Part shown: positions 26,318-26,406 of the stretch, in pieces
How positions within the stretch are numbered: the first letter of the stretch is position 1
Layout: each line of letters opens with the position of its first letter
Assembly (NCBI GenBank): GCA_900768005.1
Contig: CAAGBE010000087.1
Coordinates: 1 to 26,406 of the forward strand
Direction: 5' to 3'
DNA: 26,406 nucleotides
From: Clostridia bacterium
GTDB lineage: Bacteria; Bacillota; Clostridia; UMGS1883
Program-made: the position numbers and the translations under genes
Notes under the pieces: model-generated
Databases searched by the model: none
What the model saw: only the letters and a program-made list of their open reading frames with translations
Told to the model about the DNA's origin: nothing

Positions 26318-26406
26318 ATAATATTGCCGATAAATGGTATGTTCTTTTCTTCTACATACTCAATTTTATTATGGTTGGTGCCGACCTTGTTATGTATGCA
26401 AGAAAC
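26314..26406 (+). other. Short hydrophobic reading frame running off the window end; possible gene remnant
   Basis: ATGA overlap with the trmO stop; MNNIADKWYVLFFYILNFIMVGADLVMYARN, one TM-like helix; no clear RBS. Confidence 0.4.

Overview
Core chromosomal segment (about 40% GC by eye) of an anaerobic Clostridia-type bacterium; the taxonomy is inferred from gene content. Plus strand: murJ, a DUF5693-like membrane protein, holB, ricT/PSP1, a 2-hydroxyacid dehydrogenase and an AEC transporter. A convergent minus-strand cluster reads hpf-rnmV-radC-yqeY-trmK-nif3 and ends in a class A RNase P RNA, whose promoter lies in the last codons of nif3. Next come an NrdR-boxed nrdD-nrdG-dut operon, a minus-strand hydE-like/mnmA/flavin reductase-rubredoxin cluster, lysR-adhE-phosphotransferase, pgm and trmO. 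The most unusual content is non-coding: three members of a 271-272 bp Y-shaped structured element (11979-12250, 16515-16786, and an inverted, diverged copy at 16790-17060). Each has a long terminal stem, two internal hairpin arms and GC...GC ends flanked by TTA/TAA, and copies 1 and 2 show compensatory base changes. Those two copies sit directly against Shine-Dalgarno sequences. No transposase is present in the window. All alignments and folds were done by eye; no database search was run.
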